A stretch of DNA of 64,000 bases from a virus. The stretch spans positions 21,150-85,149 of IMG/VR virus record IMGVR_UViG_3300044467_000006, one strand, 5' to 3'. Below are positions 38,352 through 47,428 of the stretch, one piece after another (position 1 is the stretch's first letter; every line of letters starts with the position of its first letter). The translations under genes were made by a program, and so were the position numbers. The notes under the pieces were generated by a model. The model ran no database searches and was not told where the DNA came from. It saw only the letters and a list, made by a program, of their open reading frames with translations.

Positions 38352-39233
38352 TTACTTGAGAAGGTGCTCGATGGCGGCGAGATTAACTCGGCCCTCATAG
38401 AACCCCGTGACTAGGTCGCGGTCCGACTTCTTGAAATCTGCGCTTCGCGTAAGCTCACTGAGCTTGGCGGTGATTTCTGCGGGACTGACCGGCTTCTTCG
38501 GTGCTTCTTCCGACTTAGCGACGTAAGAAGTACCAGTGATTGCTTTCTGCATCGGCTTGTTGACGACAGTGGTAACGATCTTGGTTAGTGCCTCGATCTG
38601 TGCGTGTAGGTCAGCGATTTCTGACTTGCTGAATTCCCCGCCGTTACCAGCCTGAGAAACTCCGATGTTCTTGCCTTCGCCCATTGCCATCGGGGGAGCC
38701 CCAGCAGGCGACGGACTTGCACCGGGAGGGGGAGGAGCACCCGCGCCTGCGCCCGGAGGGGCAACAGGAGCCGACGGACCAGCACCCTGCCCACCACCCA
38801 TGACTTGCATGAGTGCAGCCTTCGCTGCTAGGTAGTGAGCCTTGAGTTCCTCTGGAGGAAGCTGAGCATACTCTTGCTCAAGCGCGGCCGGATCAACTGG
38901 CCCGCCTTCGCCCCCACCTTCTTGACCGGGAGCGCCACCCTCCATACCGGGAGGAGGAGCTTCGCCACCAGCCCCCGGAGGTGCGCCACCTTCAGCGCCC
39001 ATCGGAGGTGCGCCACCGCCCGCAGACGGAGGACCGCCCGCACTAGGAGATCCACCCGCAGACGGGGAGCCTCCAGCGGCAGATGCAGAGCCCATACCGG
39101 GGGACGGAGAACCGTCTTCCTCGCGGGCCTTTGCTAGCCTGTTTTGCGCGTCAGCCAGAATTTCGTTGAGTTCACCGTCGAGTTCACCGAGGATGTTGTC
39201 AAGTTCCTGACTTGATACCTTGAGATTTGCCAT
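38352..39233 (-). CDS. Scaffold-like prohead protein (acidic, Gly/Pro-rich)
   Basis: Directly upstream of MCP; low complexity; LAKA, FSKSE, VAKSE, FKKSD motifs. Confidence 0.6.
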   Translation of the reverse strand: MANLKVSSQELDNILGELDGELNEILADAQNRLAKAREEDGSPSPGMGSASAAGGSPSAGGSPSAGGPPSAGGGAPPMGAEGGAPPGAGGEAPPPGMEGGAPGQEGGGEGGPVDPAALEQEYAQLPPEELKAHYLAAKAALMQVMGGGQGAGPSAPVAPPGAGAGAPPPPGASPSPAGAPPMAMGEGKNIGVSQAGNGGEFSKSEIADLHAQIEALTKIVTTVVNKPMQKAITGTSYVAKSEEAPKKPVSPAEITAKLSELTRSADFKKSDRDLVTGFYEGRVNLAAIEHLLK

Positions 39234-39257
39234 TGTTGGCTCCTTATCCCCAAGGGA

Positions 39258-39740
39258 TTAGACGCGACCCTGAATCGGGTAGTAGAGGTTGGAATTGAAC
39301 GTACCAACTAGAGTGCCCTGCGCTGCGATGTTAGCTGCGGTAGGAGCATTGCCGTTAGCGATCTGCCAGAGTTCGACAGTTCCGCCTCTACGGACGAGTT
39401 CGCCAACAACCTGCATGATGAGAGCAGGAGCGACGTAGTAGCTGAGCGGTGCCGCGCCAAGCTCATAGGTGAGCTTGAAGACAGTACCAGTGTAGACCGG
39501 CTGATCGACGCTGCCGAAACCCGGAAGAGCCTTCCAGCCCGGCTCGGTCGAGGTAACGGTGCCGCGCTGGGCCTGAACCGCGATCTGGACGCCAGCATTG
39601 GTGGTAGTGCAGTTACCGACGCTGATGAGTGGAGCAGCAAACGCGCTCTCCGACTGATCAACTACGGCAGTAAGCCCCGTGCGGAGTGCAAGGACTTCTG
39701 CCGCCGATTCTGCGGTTGCTGATTGCTTAAAATTTCCCAT
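39258..39740 (-). CDS. Putative capsid decoration/structural protein
   Basis: 160 aa, Ala/Gly/Thr-rich; strong SD AAAGGAG; first gene of the capsid operon. Confidence 0.45.
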   Translation of the reverse strand: MGNFKQSATAESAAEVLALRTGLTAVVDQSESAFAAPLISVGNCTTTNAGVQIAVQAQRGTVTSTEPGWKALPGFGSVDQPVYTGTVFKLTYELGAAPLSYYVAPALIMQVVGELVRRGGTVELWQIANGNAPTAANIAAQGTLVGTFNSNLYYPIQGRV

Positions 39741-39839
39741 GATTGAATCTCCTTTGTTTGTGAGTAGGCGAGTCCCTTAACTCACACTTAAGTTTGTGCT
39801 GGGGCTTCCGCAAAAAGTGCGAACACAATCTTGCTAAAC

Positions 39840-40160
39840 ATGAACAGATACAAGTGCTTGTCTTGTGGCCACGAAAAACGCAGAACGGAATTCTACGAAA
39901 AACGTAGCAATAGCGCCAAGTTAAGACCTGTATCTTCAGATTGCCGTATTTGTCGCAGCACCAATCGTTCGGTTCAAATGGGCGCGACAATAGATGGAAA
40001 CTGCCAGCGCTGTGGAACGCCAGCGATCCTGTCAAGCAATAAGCAGTGCAAAAGATGCCTCAAACAACAGGGGCTAAAGCAGTGCCGCTCCTGTCGAGAG
40101 GTCAAAATCGTAGAGTTGTGGTTTTACGAGAAGAAGGCTCTCTGTAAGGACTGCCTCTAG
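39840..40160 (+). CDS. Cys-rich zinc-finger protein inserted in reverse orientation
   Basis: Multiple CxxC pairs resembling homing-endonuclease N-terminal fingers; plus-strand CAATCTT 7 nt upstream of ATG. Confidence 0.55.
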   Translation: MNRYKCLSCGHEKRRTEFYEKRSNSAKLRPVSSDCRICRSTNRSVQMGATIDGNCQRCGTPAILSSNKQCKRCLKQQGLKQCRSCREVKIVELWFYEKKALCKDCL

Positions 40161-40879
40161 ATGAGATCGAACTCGTTGTCTAGAGGAATCGCGCCTTCAT
40201 GGCCGGGTAAAAGGCTATGGACATGAGTCTTTGCCTGTCCCGGGGCATATCGCATGGCGTTCTTGGTCTTCTTGGCGTGCTCGCGCACAGCTTCGTCCGC
40301 CTTATCAGCAGTATGGGCGATCCCGATTTTGAGACTGTGGTTGAACCGTCCCGCAATGGGAACTAGCTGTCCCAACCGCTTGGTAATCTCGCGGGTGTAG
40401 TGAGCGGCCCGGGCGTGATCCTTGGAAATGTCGCCAGTCTTAGGAATCAGAGTGTGGAATTCATCCCCGCCCAGACGGTAAATCTTGGCGGTGCCCTTCC
40501 CCAGTACAGCGTCAGCCGCTTCGCGATGAACATTGGCGTAGTTTCTGATAGCAAGATCGCCCTGATCATAGCCCGCGTTGTCGTTCATAGCCTTGTGATC
40601 GTTGCCGTCGGACCGAACGTGGATGTACTTAGTGTGAAAATCTGGAGCTTCAGACTCGTCAGTGTACGCAGCGTGATTGCCCACAACTCCATTCGTGAGC
40701 TTGTCGAGATACATGCGCTGGCGAATTACGTCAAAATACTTCTTGTCTTCTTCGGAGCCAGTTTCCGACTTACCCCGGAAATGGGCCATAGCCTCGCGAA
40801 GCGCAGGATCGGTCTTGGCAAGCTCTTCAAAATGAGCCGACATAGCTAGGAGCTTTTGTGCGACGTTGAAGACTTCCAC
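40157..40879 (-). CDS. GGDEF-domain (diguanylate cyclase-like) protein
   Basis: YLDKLT; SDGNDHKAMNDNAGYDQGD; intact YRLGGDEF; N-terminal LAKT motif. Confidence 0.85.
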   Translation of the reverse strand: MEVFNVAQKLLAMSAHFEELAKTDPALREAMAHFRGKSETGSEEDKKYFDVIRQRMYLDKLTNGVVGNHAAYTDESEAPDFHTKYIHVRSDGNDHKAMNDNAGYDQGDLAIRNYANVHREAADAVLGKGTAKIYRLGGDEFHTLIPKTGDISKDHARAAHYTREITKRLGQLVPIAGRFNHSLKIGIAHTADKADEAVREHAKKTKNAMRYAPGQAKTHVHSLLPGHEGAIPLDNEFDLI

Positions 40880-40880
40880 G

Positions 40881-41453
40881 CTACACCTTCTTCCTGTAGC
40901 GAAGCTTGCCCAAGCCAGTCTCTAGAGTGTACATGATGCGCTCGGTCTCTCTGGTCGAGAGCTTGGTGCCGTTCATAAACACTTCCTGCCCGTGAACCTC
41001 AAGAATCTGAGGCTCCTTCATTCCAACCCTCATGTAGTCAAAGACCGCAGGAGGAGTTTGCATACTGAAGCGAGGAGAGTTGGGGTCCACGATCTGGGGA
41101 GCTTCTGCGCTTGCGGGTTGCTCGACAACATCAGGCGGGCTGCCGGGTTGCGGACCGGAAGGATCGGGATTTTCTTTCCCTTGAGGGATTAGTCCTATGT
41201 GATGCCCTTCTTTGACCTCAGACTCGGAAACCACTTGAGTATATGGAGAGCGAGCCAAGGAATCAAGTTGCTGTAGACTGTGCCCAACAGGACCATTGGA
41301 CAACATCTTGAGCATGCCGTTATGATCCTCAAGGACTCGGAGCTTCCCATCTTCGATCATGAAGCGGCCCAAAAGAAGTCGCTGGTTGCCCTTCTCGTTA
41401 GGATAGACCCCATATACATCGAAGATTCCGTTAGCATTTTGGAAGTCAACCAT
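40881..41453 (-). CDS. Hypothetical head-module protein
   Basis: 190 aa between the protease and GGDEF genes, tightly coupled. Confidence 0.55.
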   Translation of the reverse strand: MVDFQNANGIFDVYGVYPNEKGNQRLLLGRFMIEDGKLRVLEDHNGMLKMLSNGPVGHSLQQLDSLARSPYTQVVSESEVKEGHHIGLIPQGKENPDPSGPQPGSPPDVVEQPASAEAPQIVDPNSPRFSMQTPPAVFDYMRVGMKEPQILEVHGQEVFMNGTKLSTRETERIMYTLETGLGKLRYRKKV

Positions 41454-41455
41454 AG

Positions 41456-44400
41456 TTATCCCTTAATGTATTTGCCCATATGCTTGTGGATATGTGGCTC
41501 CATGTAGTCCAAGATGCGCTTCTGGAAATCTTGGTCTGTTTCTCCATCGCCTCGCTCTGGGCCATGCCACTGTCGAGACAATGCATCTAAACTATAGCCT
41601 AAGCTGTTTAAATACCCCGCCGGGTCTGCACCTTTGGAGATTCCGCGGGCCAACCTATTGGCCCCTTCGTCCCTATTGCGATGAGCCTCTCGCCTCTCCG
41701 AATTTCCTCGGCGGCGAATTGAGTTATTGAATTCAGTAACGGCTTCATCAAAAGTCATATCGGCGTGATGAGCAAATTTCTTGATGATGTTCTCGGCTTC
41801 TCCCGGGCCACGATTCGACATGAGAAGCTCGTAAGGAACGGGCGCTTCGCCTTTTCTTGAAGCCGACTCATGGTCCTTACTTACTGCAAGGCTAGCGAGG
41901 TCGTAGTCCTGCTCAGCTTCGGGCAAATTTTGGATACGAGCCTTTACCTCTTTAACCCGTTCTGCGTGACGAGCAAGGACAGAGAAATCCTTGTATGCCC
42001 TCTCTCGAATCTGAGGGGCATGCATTCCTGTCCATCCCGAATTTGCAAACCCCAGATAAGACGTGATTTCGTCCACCGATGCGTCTGGCTCTACAGACGC
42101 ATAGTGTTGGAGATTCTCTAGCCGCTGCCGTGCCGCCCGAGCTACGGAAACAGGAACATCGTGATCTTGGATCTCTTTAGTAAACTTGTCCTTGTCGATG
42201 CCCATCAGCCATTTTCTGGCATCGGGATGCAAGCGGTTGTCATTGTGTCCGGCGGCTTTTGCCGCTTCCTGTGCAGGAACCATATAATCGCTTCGATCGT
42301 CGCCTACACCACGAGAAGGGAAAGAGTCGCCATGGTCAATGAGGTAGATGTTATCTCCTTTAGCCCCACCGAACATGAAATTGTTTAAGTGGCGGTCGCG
42401 AGCACCAAGCATCTGATCTGCGAGAGCCAATTTGTGAAGCTTGCCGTTCTGAATATTCTTTACGAAAGCGCTATTTTGCTCCTCGTCCCCATCGCGCTGG
42501 TGAGCGGCGTTGGGAATAGCCTCATGAACGGACCACCAATCATTGGGCCTTGGCTCTTCGTTGGTCTTCAGGTTGGGGTTTTGGAAGATTGAAGTAGGAG
42601 CTACGTGCTCGCCCAAGCCAAGATGATGCATCATATTGTGAAACATGATCTCGTTAAGCGCACTGGATCTGCCATCTCGCTGAGTGGAAAGAGTCTTGAT
42701 GAAAGCTTGCTTGCCATTAGGTAGCTTGACCCATCGGCCTTCGGAGATACCCGACTTAAAATGTTCTGGCGAAAACTGGGCTGCGGCATTGTGATCAAAG
42801 CCGTGGACCATCTGTCTCTGGTAATCATTGATGATTAGATTTGAAGGCACGTGACGATCGGCATCCACAACGCCCGGTGGCATGTCGAGGAACTCTGGCT
42901 CCGAGTGAACTTCAGCGGAACCGTCAATGCCCCAGCGCTCCATGTGCTCTGGAGAGAAAGATCCAAGATGTTCATGAGGAACCATCAGCCATTCACCGAC
43001 AGGTGCGTCGGGGTGGGCTGGAGCCGTGCCAACGATAGCCATTTTGCGACCACCTTCAGCCCGGGTACCATCCTTGTTGAAATAGATAGTGGCAGAACCC
43101 GGCTTGATCTTTTGGTCCTTGTGAATGATGGTCGGCTGTGAGGTCGGGGGCCATTCCTCTTCGGGCTGAGCCGGGAGAGTGCCCTTTAGAAGATTGGAGC
43201 CTGACTTGAAAAGACGACGTGCTTCAACCTCGAACGCTTCCATCTTGCGAATAGAAGTTTCGTCATAGCTGCGGGTTCTGTCGTTGGTCATCAGCGCGGG
43301 GGCACCCCAAGTGTAAAAGAAGAAACTGGCCGGTCCTTCGCCAAAATCCTTCTCAACACGCTTGGTCGCCTTGGCAATGCGAACCGTAAGCGGCTCGCCG
43401 TACTGGTCCTGAGATTTCTGCATGTTCCACATTTTAGACGGATCGGTTAGGTCGTGGGGGATGCCTTCCTCGTCCATGATTTGGCCAACCGACTTAAAGA
43501 ATGGGTCGTGGGCCGTCCCCATGTTGAAGTTGTCAGTATCTCGACCAAGCAAAGCTTCATAGTGCGGATACGCAAGCCATTGAAGCCAGAACGCGGGACC
43601 AACCGCTTGCATCTCGCGGCCCTTGAAATGATCAGGCCACATTTCGTGAACCTTCTGGACAGCAGGAGCCTTCTGGAAGAAATGATGGTCGATACCGCGC
43701 AAAAGAGTTTCGCCACGGACAGGGGTAAGGGCGTTGAAAACCTGTTTAGCTTGCTCTGAGTTTTTATCGGAGATGTTAAAGAGAGCGCGAAGTTGGTGAC
43801 GGTCGGGAATAATCATATTACCCTGCCCCATCATCAAACCCATGTATCGAGCGAGCTTAGGCCCAAAACCATACATGAAGGAGTCGGCTCCCTCGCTTTG
43901 CTTCTTCTGCATGATATAGTCAACGAACGCTCGGCCGTCGTCCTTGACTTCCCGCTGTAGAGCGACCATGAAGGGGTGAAATCTGTGGTAATTCAGGAGC
44001 GGTCTGCCTTGCGGCCGATCCGCTAGAACAGCGCCAGACGTGGCGGGGTCGTAACCCGCTCGGCGCTTGGTGCGGGATGCGTCATACTCGATTCCGCCCT
44101 TCTCTTGGGTACGACCAACATAGAAGTCGCGGAAAAATTCAGGAGGGGTAGTCTTGTTGAGCCAGCGGTGAAAGTGCTCTGCGTCCTCTGGTTTGATACC
44201 TTCGGGCTTGCTAAAGACATCGCCGTGCTTCGCTCGGAAATCCATATAGTGCCCATAGTAAAGCTCCTGCATAGGCACGCTGGTATTTGGGGACATTGCA
44301 GCAAAGATGGCGGCATGGGCAATAACGCTAGACGGTAGCTGGCCCTGCGAAGCCATCTTGTTGAGCACCAGCCACGAGGACATGGCGCGCTGCCAAGGTT

Positions 44401-45730
44401 TATGAACGTAGTTGACAATCTTCTCCCTGCGCTCTGGGTCGAGCATGGGAGAAAGAGAGGGACTGTCTGCATTTAAAACGTTGAGAAAGTGCTCGTCTTG
44501 TCCGTAATCATACAGCTTGAGCGGCGTTGTTGGAGTGCTCAACTTCTGACTTAGCAGTTCTCCCCTAGCAGTTAAGCTTCTAGAAGCCTTTGTCTTGGGA
44601 GGAACTTCCAGTGGATTGGCCGCTTCAGGACGAGGGTGATACATCTTGGGTTCTTGGGGCTGGGCTTCGGGAGCCGTAGTCTCTGGAGGAGCAGAAGCCA
44701 TAGAAGCAAGAGCTTGCTCTGCTCCGCGCTTCTCGGCTTTCTGGACTGCTCCCCAGACGCCCATGGCCTTTTCAACCCAGTCGCCAACCTGACGGGTACG
44801 GATGTCCCCTACTAAATCAGTGAAATGGTCTAGAAAGCTCTCGTTGATTTCGGGTAGCTGAAACTTGAAGAACTTAAGCATGTCGGACTTGGAGTAGCCG
44901 TGCTCAACAGGGCTGTAGTCTCGAACGGCAGCCCTAAGCTGGTTCTTGAACTTCTCCTTGTCCTTCATGCCCATGATATCTTCTCGGGCAAGCGCCGCGC
45001 CACCCGTGAGAGTAGAAGGAGCGGCATCGCTAGCTCCACCGGTCATGGTCTTGTTAAGTGAGGGATCTCGGGCCTCAACTTCAACATAACGAAGATCCAT
45101 TGCGTGGCTACCAAGTTTCTGGTGTCCCGGGCGCTCACTCTTGACGGTGTCCTCTTCTAGTAGGCGAGCTAACAGACTCCTCTCGGCTTGCTTCTCGGTA
45201 ATGGGCTTTGGAGCATTGGGGTCCGACACGAGGCCCGAGATCGCTGCTTTGTTGGCTGGCTTAAGGGTTATAGCCACAGCCCTACAGATGGTTTTAACTA
45301 GCTTTTGCCCTTCTTTTTTAAGTGTTGAGCCTTCCACGCTGTAGCGGGCAAGAATAGGCTCATTGTGAGTTACAGAGTCCCTGATGATAGCGGCAATTGC
45401 CTTAGCGCCCGCATGCCCAGAACCATCAAATAGGCGAGCTTTGATATACACGAAAGGTAGATTGGTTGCCTTCCAGTAGGCTTCTTGGCGCTTGTCGTCA
45501 CAATCCTCTTTGCTAAAAATCTTCTTGGCAAAAATGATTTTGCCCACAGTGTCATTGCCTGATGCACCAGAGGAATCCGATCCTCGATGTTCCCAATTAA
45601 GGGTGCCCACTCCAGAGGTGAAGTCGCTAATGTCCGCTCCGTTGATGTCAAGGATTTCGCCGCTGCTATCAATAGCACTAGAGCAAGCAATCCCGTCGAT
45701 AATCATACTGTTAGTGGAAGTCGCGGCCAT
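41456..45730 (-). CDS. Prohead protease (HK97/S78-like) fused to an HhH-glycosylase-like domain and a PI3K/HipA-like kinase
   Basis: IDGIACSSAIDSSGE...LNWEH...YSVEG...PAN protease; LNKTMTGG...TGGAALARE capsid-like motif; AMSPNT...GFGPKLA...PDRH; FIKTL...DRHLNN...IDHG. Confidence 0.8.
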   Translation of the reverse strand: MAATSTNSMIIDGIACSSAIDSSGEILDINGADISDFTSGVGTLNWEHRGSDSSGASGNDTVGKIIFAKKIFSKEDCDDKRQEAYWKATNLPFVYIKARLFDGSGHAGAKAIAAIIRDSVTHNEPILARYSVEGSTLKKEGQKLVKTICRAVAITLKPANKAAISGLVSDPNAPKPITEKQAERSLLARLLEEDTVKSERPGHQKLGSHAMDLRYVEVEARDPSLNKTMTGGASDAAPSTLTGGAALAREDIMGMKDKEKFKNQLRAAVRDYSPVEHGYSKSDMLKFFKFQLPEINESFLDHFTDLVGDIRTRQVGDWVEKAMGVWGAVQKAEKRGAEQALASMASAPPETTAPEAQPQEPKMYHPRPEAANPLEVPPKTKASRSLTARGELLSQKLSTPTTPLKLYDYGQDEHFLNVLNADSPSLSPMLDPERREKIVNYVHKPWQRAMSSWLVLNKMASQGQLPSSVIAHAAIFAAMSPNTSVPMQELYYGHYMDFRAKHGDVFSKPEGIKPEDAEHFHRWLNKTTPPEFFRDFYVGRTQEKGGIEYDASRTKRRAGYDPATSGAVLADRPQGRPLLNYHRFHPFMVALQREVKDDGRAFVDYIMQKKQSEGADSFMYGFGPKLARYMGLMMGQGNMIIPDRHQLRALFNISDKNSEQAKQVFNALTPVRGETLLRGIDHHFFQKAPAVQKVHEMWPDHFKGREMQAVGPAFWLQWLAYPHYEALLGRDTDNFNMGTAHDPFFKSVGQIMDEEGIPHDLTDPSKMWNMQKSQDQYGEPLTVRIAKATKRVEKDFGEGPASFFFYTWGAPALMTNDRTRSYDETSIRKMEAFEVEARRLFKSGSNLLKGTLPAQPEEEWPPTSQPTIIHKDQKIKPGSATIYFNKDGTRAEGGRKMAIVGTAPAHPDAPVGEWLMVPHEHLGSFSPEHMERWGIDGSAEVHSEPEFLDMPPGVVDADRHVPSNLIINDYQRQMVHGFDHNAAAQFSPEHFKSGISEGRWVKLPNGKQAFIKTLSTQRDGRSSALNEIMFHNMMHHLGLGEHVAPTSIFQNPNLKTNEEPRPNDWWSVHEAIPNAAHQRDGDEEQNSAFVKNIQNGKLHKLALADQMLGARDRHLNNFMFGGAKGDNIYLIDHGDSFPSRGVGDDRSDYMVPAQEAAKAAGHNDNRLHPDARKWLMGIDKDKFTKEIQDHDVPVSVARAARQRLENLQHYASVEPDASVDEITSYLGFANSGWTGMHAPQIRERAYKDFSVLARHAERVKEVKARIQNLPEAEQDYDLASLAVSKDHESASRKGEAPVPYELLMSNRGPGEAENIIKKFAHHADMTFDEAVTEFNNSIRRRGNSERREAHRNRDEGANRLARGISKGADPAGYLNSLGYSLDALSRQWHGPERGDGETDQDFQKRILDYMEPHIHKHMGKYIKG

Positions 45731-45840
45731 TACGTTTTCTCTTTCCGACGTACCCCAACTCTTCTGTCTGTGGGTCTACTAGTCCATAAACTAGACACTT
45801 CGATAAACTCATGCCCTAAAGATTGCCTCTGGGGTATGGC

Positions 45841-45869
45841 TTGACAGTCTAGGAAGACGACCCTATACT
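45841..45869 (+). promoter_or_regulatory. sigma70-type promoter, leaderless geometry; back-to-back with the late motif for the protease
   Basis: TTGACA-17-TATACT; ATG 6 nt downstream. Confidence 0.78.
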
Positions 45870-45875
45870 ACATAG

Positions 45876-46019
45876 ATGGAAATTCACCTGTTCTGTCATG
45901 GCGAGTGGCAGTTGTTCCTGATGTCGATCCCCGTTGTTGGGTTCGCTGTCGCCAAGCTTCGCGCTTGGGTTAAGGCCCGATGCGCCTGCGGAGGATCGCA
46001 CGACCAAAAGCATGCGTAA
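45876..46019 (+). CDS. Small membrane-associated protein (47 aa)
   Basis: MEIHLFCHGEWQLFLMSIPVVGFAVAKLRAWV...; directly after the promoter. Confidence 0.5.
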   Translation: MEIHLFCHGEWQLFLMSIPVVGFAVAKLRAWVKARCACGGSHDQKHA

Positions 46020-46254
46020 CCTGTCGGAAAGAGAGCGTAGAGCCGCCATTAACCTCGCTAGGGTTTGCCTTAGCGACATGGAGGGCACTTTTCAGGCGTC
46101 CACTCTGGACGACGACGGGCTGCGGATCCGCTTTAAGGCCAAGGGTAGACCCTATTCGGTCCTAATTCACATCGAACCGACTGACGAGGAAGCCGTAGCT
46201 CTGGGTAGCCCCGTAGACGAGCCCTTGGAGTCCTACCCCAAGGATGGCTCCTAG
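46012..46254 (+). CDS. Hypothetical protein
   Basis: Overlaps the previous stop; 80 aa. Confidence 0.4.
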   Translation: MRNLSERERRAAINLARVCLSDMEGTFQASTLDDDGLRIRFKAKGRPYSVLIHIEPTDEEAVALGSPVDEPLESYPKDGS

Positions 46255-46446
46255 GACACAGAAAAGCGAGCCTACGCCGAACGCCCCGAGGCCCATACCA
46301 AAGCCCGCCATAAGGTGTTCTCCGAAGCCCAGACCGCCCGCCAAGAGCAACCCGGCGTACCCGCCATAGGCCATCGCAGGAAGAATACCGACCAACAGGA
46401 ACACAATCGACCCAACTAGAGTACCCACTAGAGCAAAGTTCTTCAT
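46162..46446 (-). CDS. Gly-rich multi-TM membrane protein
   Basis: SD AGGAGG; LVGSIVFLLVGILPAMAYGGYAGLLLAG hydrophobic segments. Confidence 0.6.
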   Translation of the reverse strand: MKNFALVGTLVGSIVFLLVGILPAMAYGGYAGLLLAGGLGFGEHLMAGFGMGLGAFGVGSLFCVLGAILGVGLQGLVYGATQSYGFLVSRFDVN

Positions 46447-46547
46447 ACTTCCTCCTAAGTAGAAGGTTGAGTTCCTAAGTATCCTGTTTTTGTAGGGATT
46501 TCCAGAATCGTACAGCGGAAGTGTCTGTTTTCTCCGAAAAAACGAGC

Positions 46548-46576
46548 TTGTAAGCATCTGAAGGCCATGCTATATT
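46548..46576 (+). promoter_or_regulatory. sigma70-type promoter, leaderless geometry
   Basis: TTGTAA-17-TATATT; ATG 5 nt downstream. Confidence 0.6.
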
Positions 46577-46581
46577 GAGTC

Positions 46582-46830
46582 ATGGATAATTGCATCGATG
46601 GAACGGGACATCCGCCAGAGGTTCATGGCGTGATCACGATGGTTTGGGCTGGGTGTTCCCCGGGAACCACCTCTTTTTGGTTTGTTTCGGGGTTCATTGG
46701 GAGAGGATGCGTTGCCGCTCTTCCAATCAAAGCGGTCGAGTTGTTCATCGGCAAGAAGGCCACCCTTTATCTGCTTCCTAATGGTATCGTTACAGCGATT
46801 TCAGGAATTTCAACCAAGGAGACCCGATGA
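46582..46830 (+). CDS. Hypothetical protein
   Basis: 82 aa after the promoter. Confidence 0.5.
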   Translation: MDNCIDGTGHPPEVHGVITMVWAGCSPGTTSFWFVSGFIGRGCVAALPIKAVELFIGKKATLYLLPNGIVTAISGISTKETR

Positions 46831-47105
46831 CGCGACAGGAACGAGAGAGCATGGAGGACATGGCCAACCGGCTGGACGAGATGAGCGGTGGCGACGACGA
46901 CGACGCAGCGGTGACGCACGCTCGCGCGCTGCTCGCGGCGCTCCCCGAGGAGGACGCGCCCGGCGCACGGCGCGCGGCGGCGCTGGAAGAGGCTGCGGCC
47001 CTGTGTGAGCGCGTCAGGTGCCGCCAGTGGACACCCGAGGAGTGCGCGAGGCAGATCCGCGACCTAATCCCACGCGCCCCCGCGGAGAAGGGAGACGGCA
47101 AGTGA
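46827..47105 (+). CDS. Hypothetical protein (high-GC island)
   Basis: ATGA overlap; SD AAGGAG. Confidence 0.55.
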   Translation: MTRQERESMEDMANRLDEMSGGDDDDAAVTHARALLAALPEEDAPGARRAAALEEAAALCERVRCRQWTPEECARQIRDLIPRAPAEKGDGK

Positions 47106-47428
47106 GCGCGACGAGGGGTGTGTGCGGGTACTTCCACGCTGTCGGCAGCGTATGCATGAAGTGTGGCTGGTTCGATGAGTCGAAGGCAGGTGCCGAGATC
47201 GCCCGCCTCCGCGCGCGGCTGGCCGAGGTCGAGGGGGCGGCGCGGGACCTCGTGTACGCAGAAGACGCCCTGATAGCGGCGAAGGGCGCCTCCGTGCCGG
47301 ACCGCGAGACATCCGCCCGGTCCCTGCGCGCCGATGACGCTGCCTGCGCCGCCTATGTCCGTCTCCGCGCGGTCCTCTCCCGTACCCACGACGGAGGCGG
47401 CGAACCCGCCAAGGAGAAGACCCGATGA
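47102..47428 (+). CDS. Hypothetical protein (high-GC island; CxxC plus coiled coil)
   Basis: GTGA overlap; [13 protein letters not shown]. Confidence 0.55.
   Translation: MSATRGVCGYFHAVGSVCMKCGWFDESKAGAEIARLRARLAEVEGAARDLVYAEDALIAAKGASVPDRETSARSLRADDAACAAYVRLRAVLSRTHDGGGEPAKEKTR

Noticed and set aside
39759-39790. TGTGAGT/ACTCACA inverted repeat in the capsid-operon leader as a riboswitch or ncRNA
   Set aside because: Only a 7-bp stem; at most an mRNA-stabilising hairpin.
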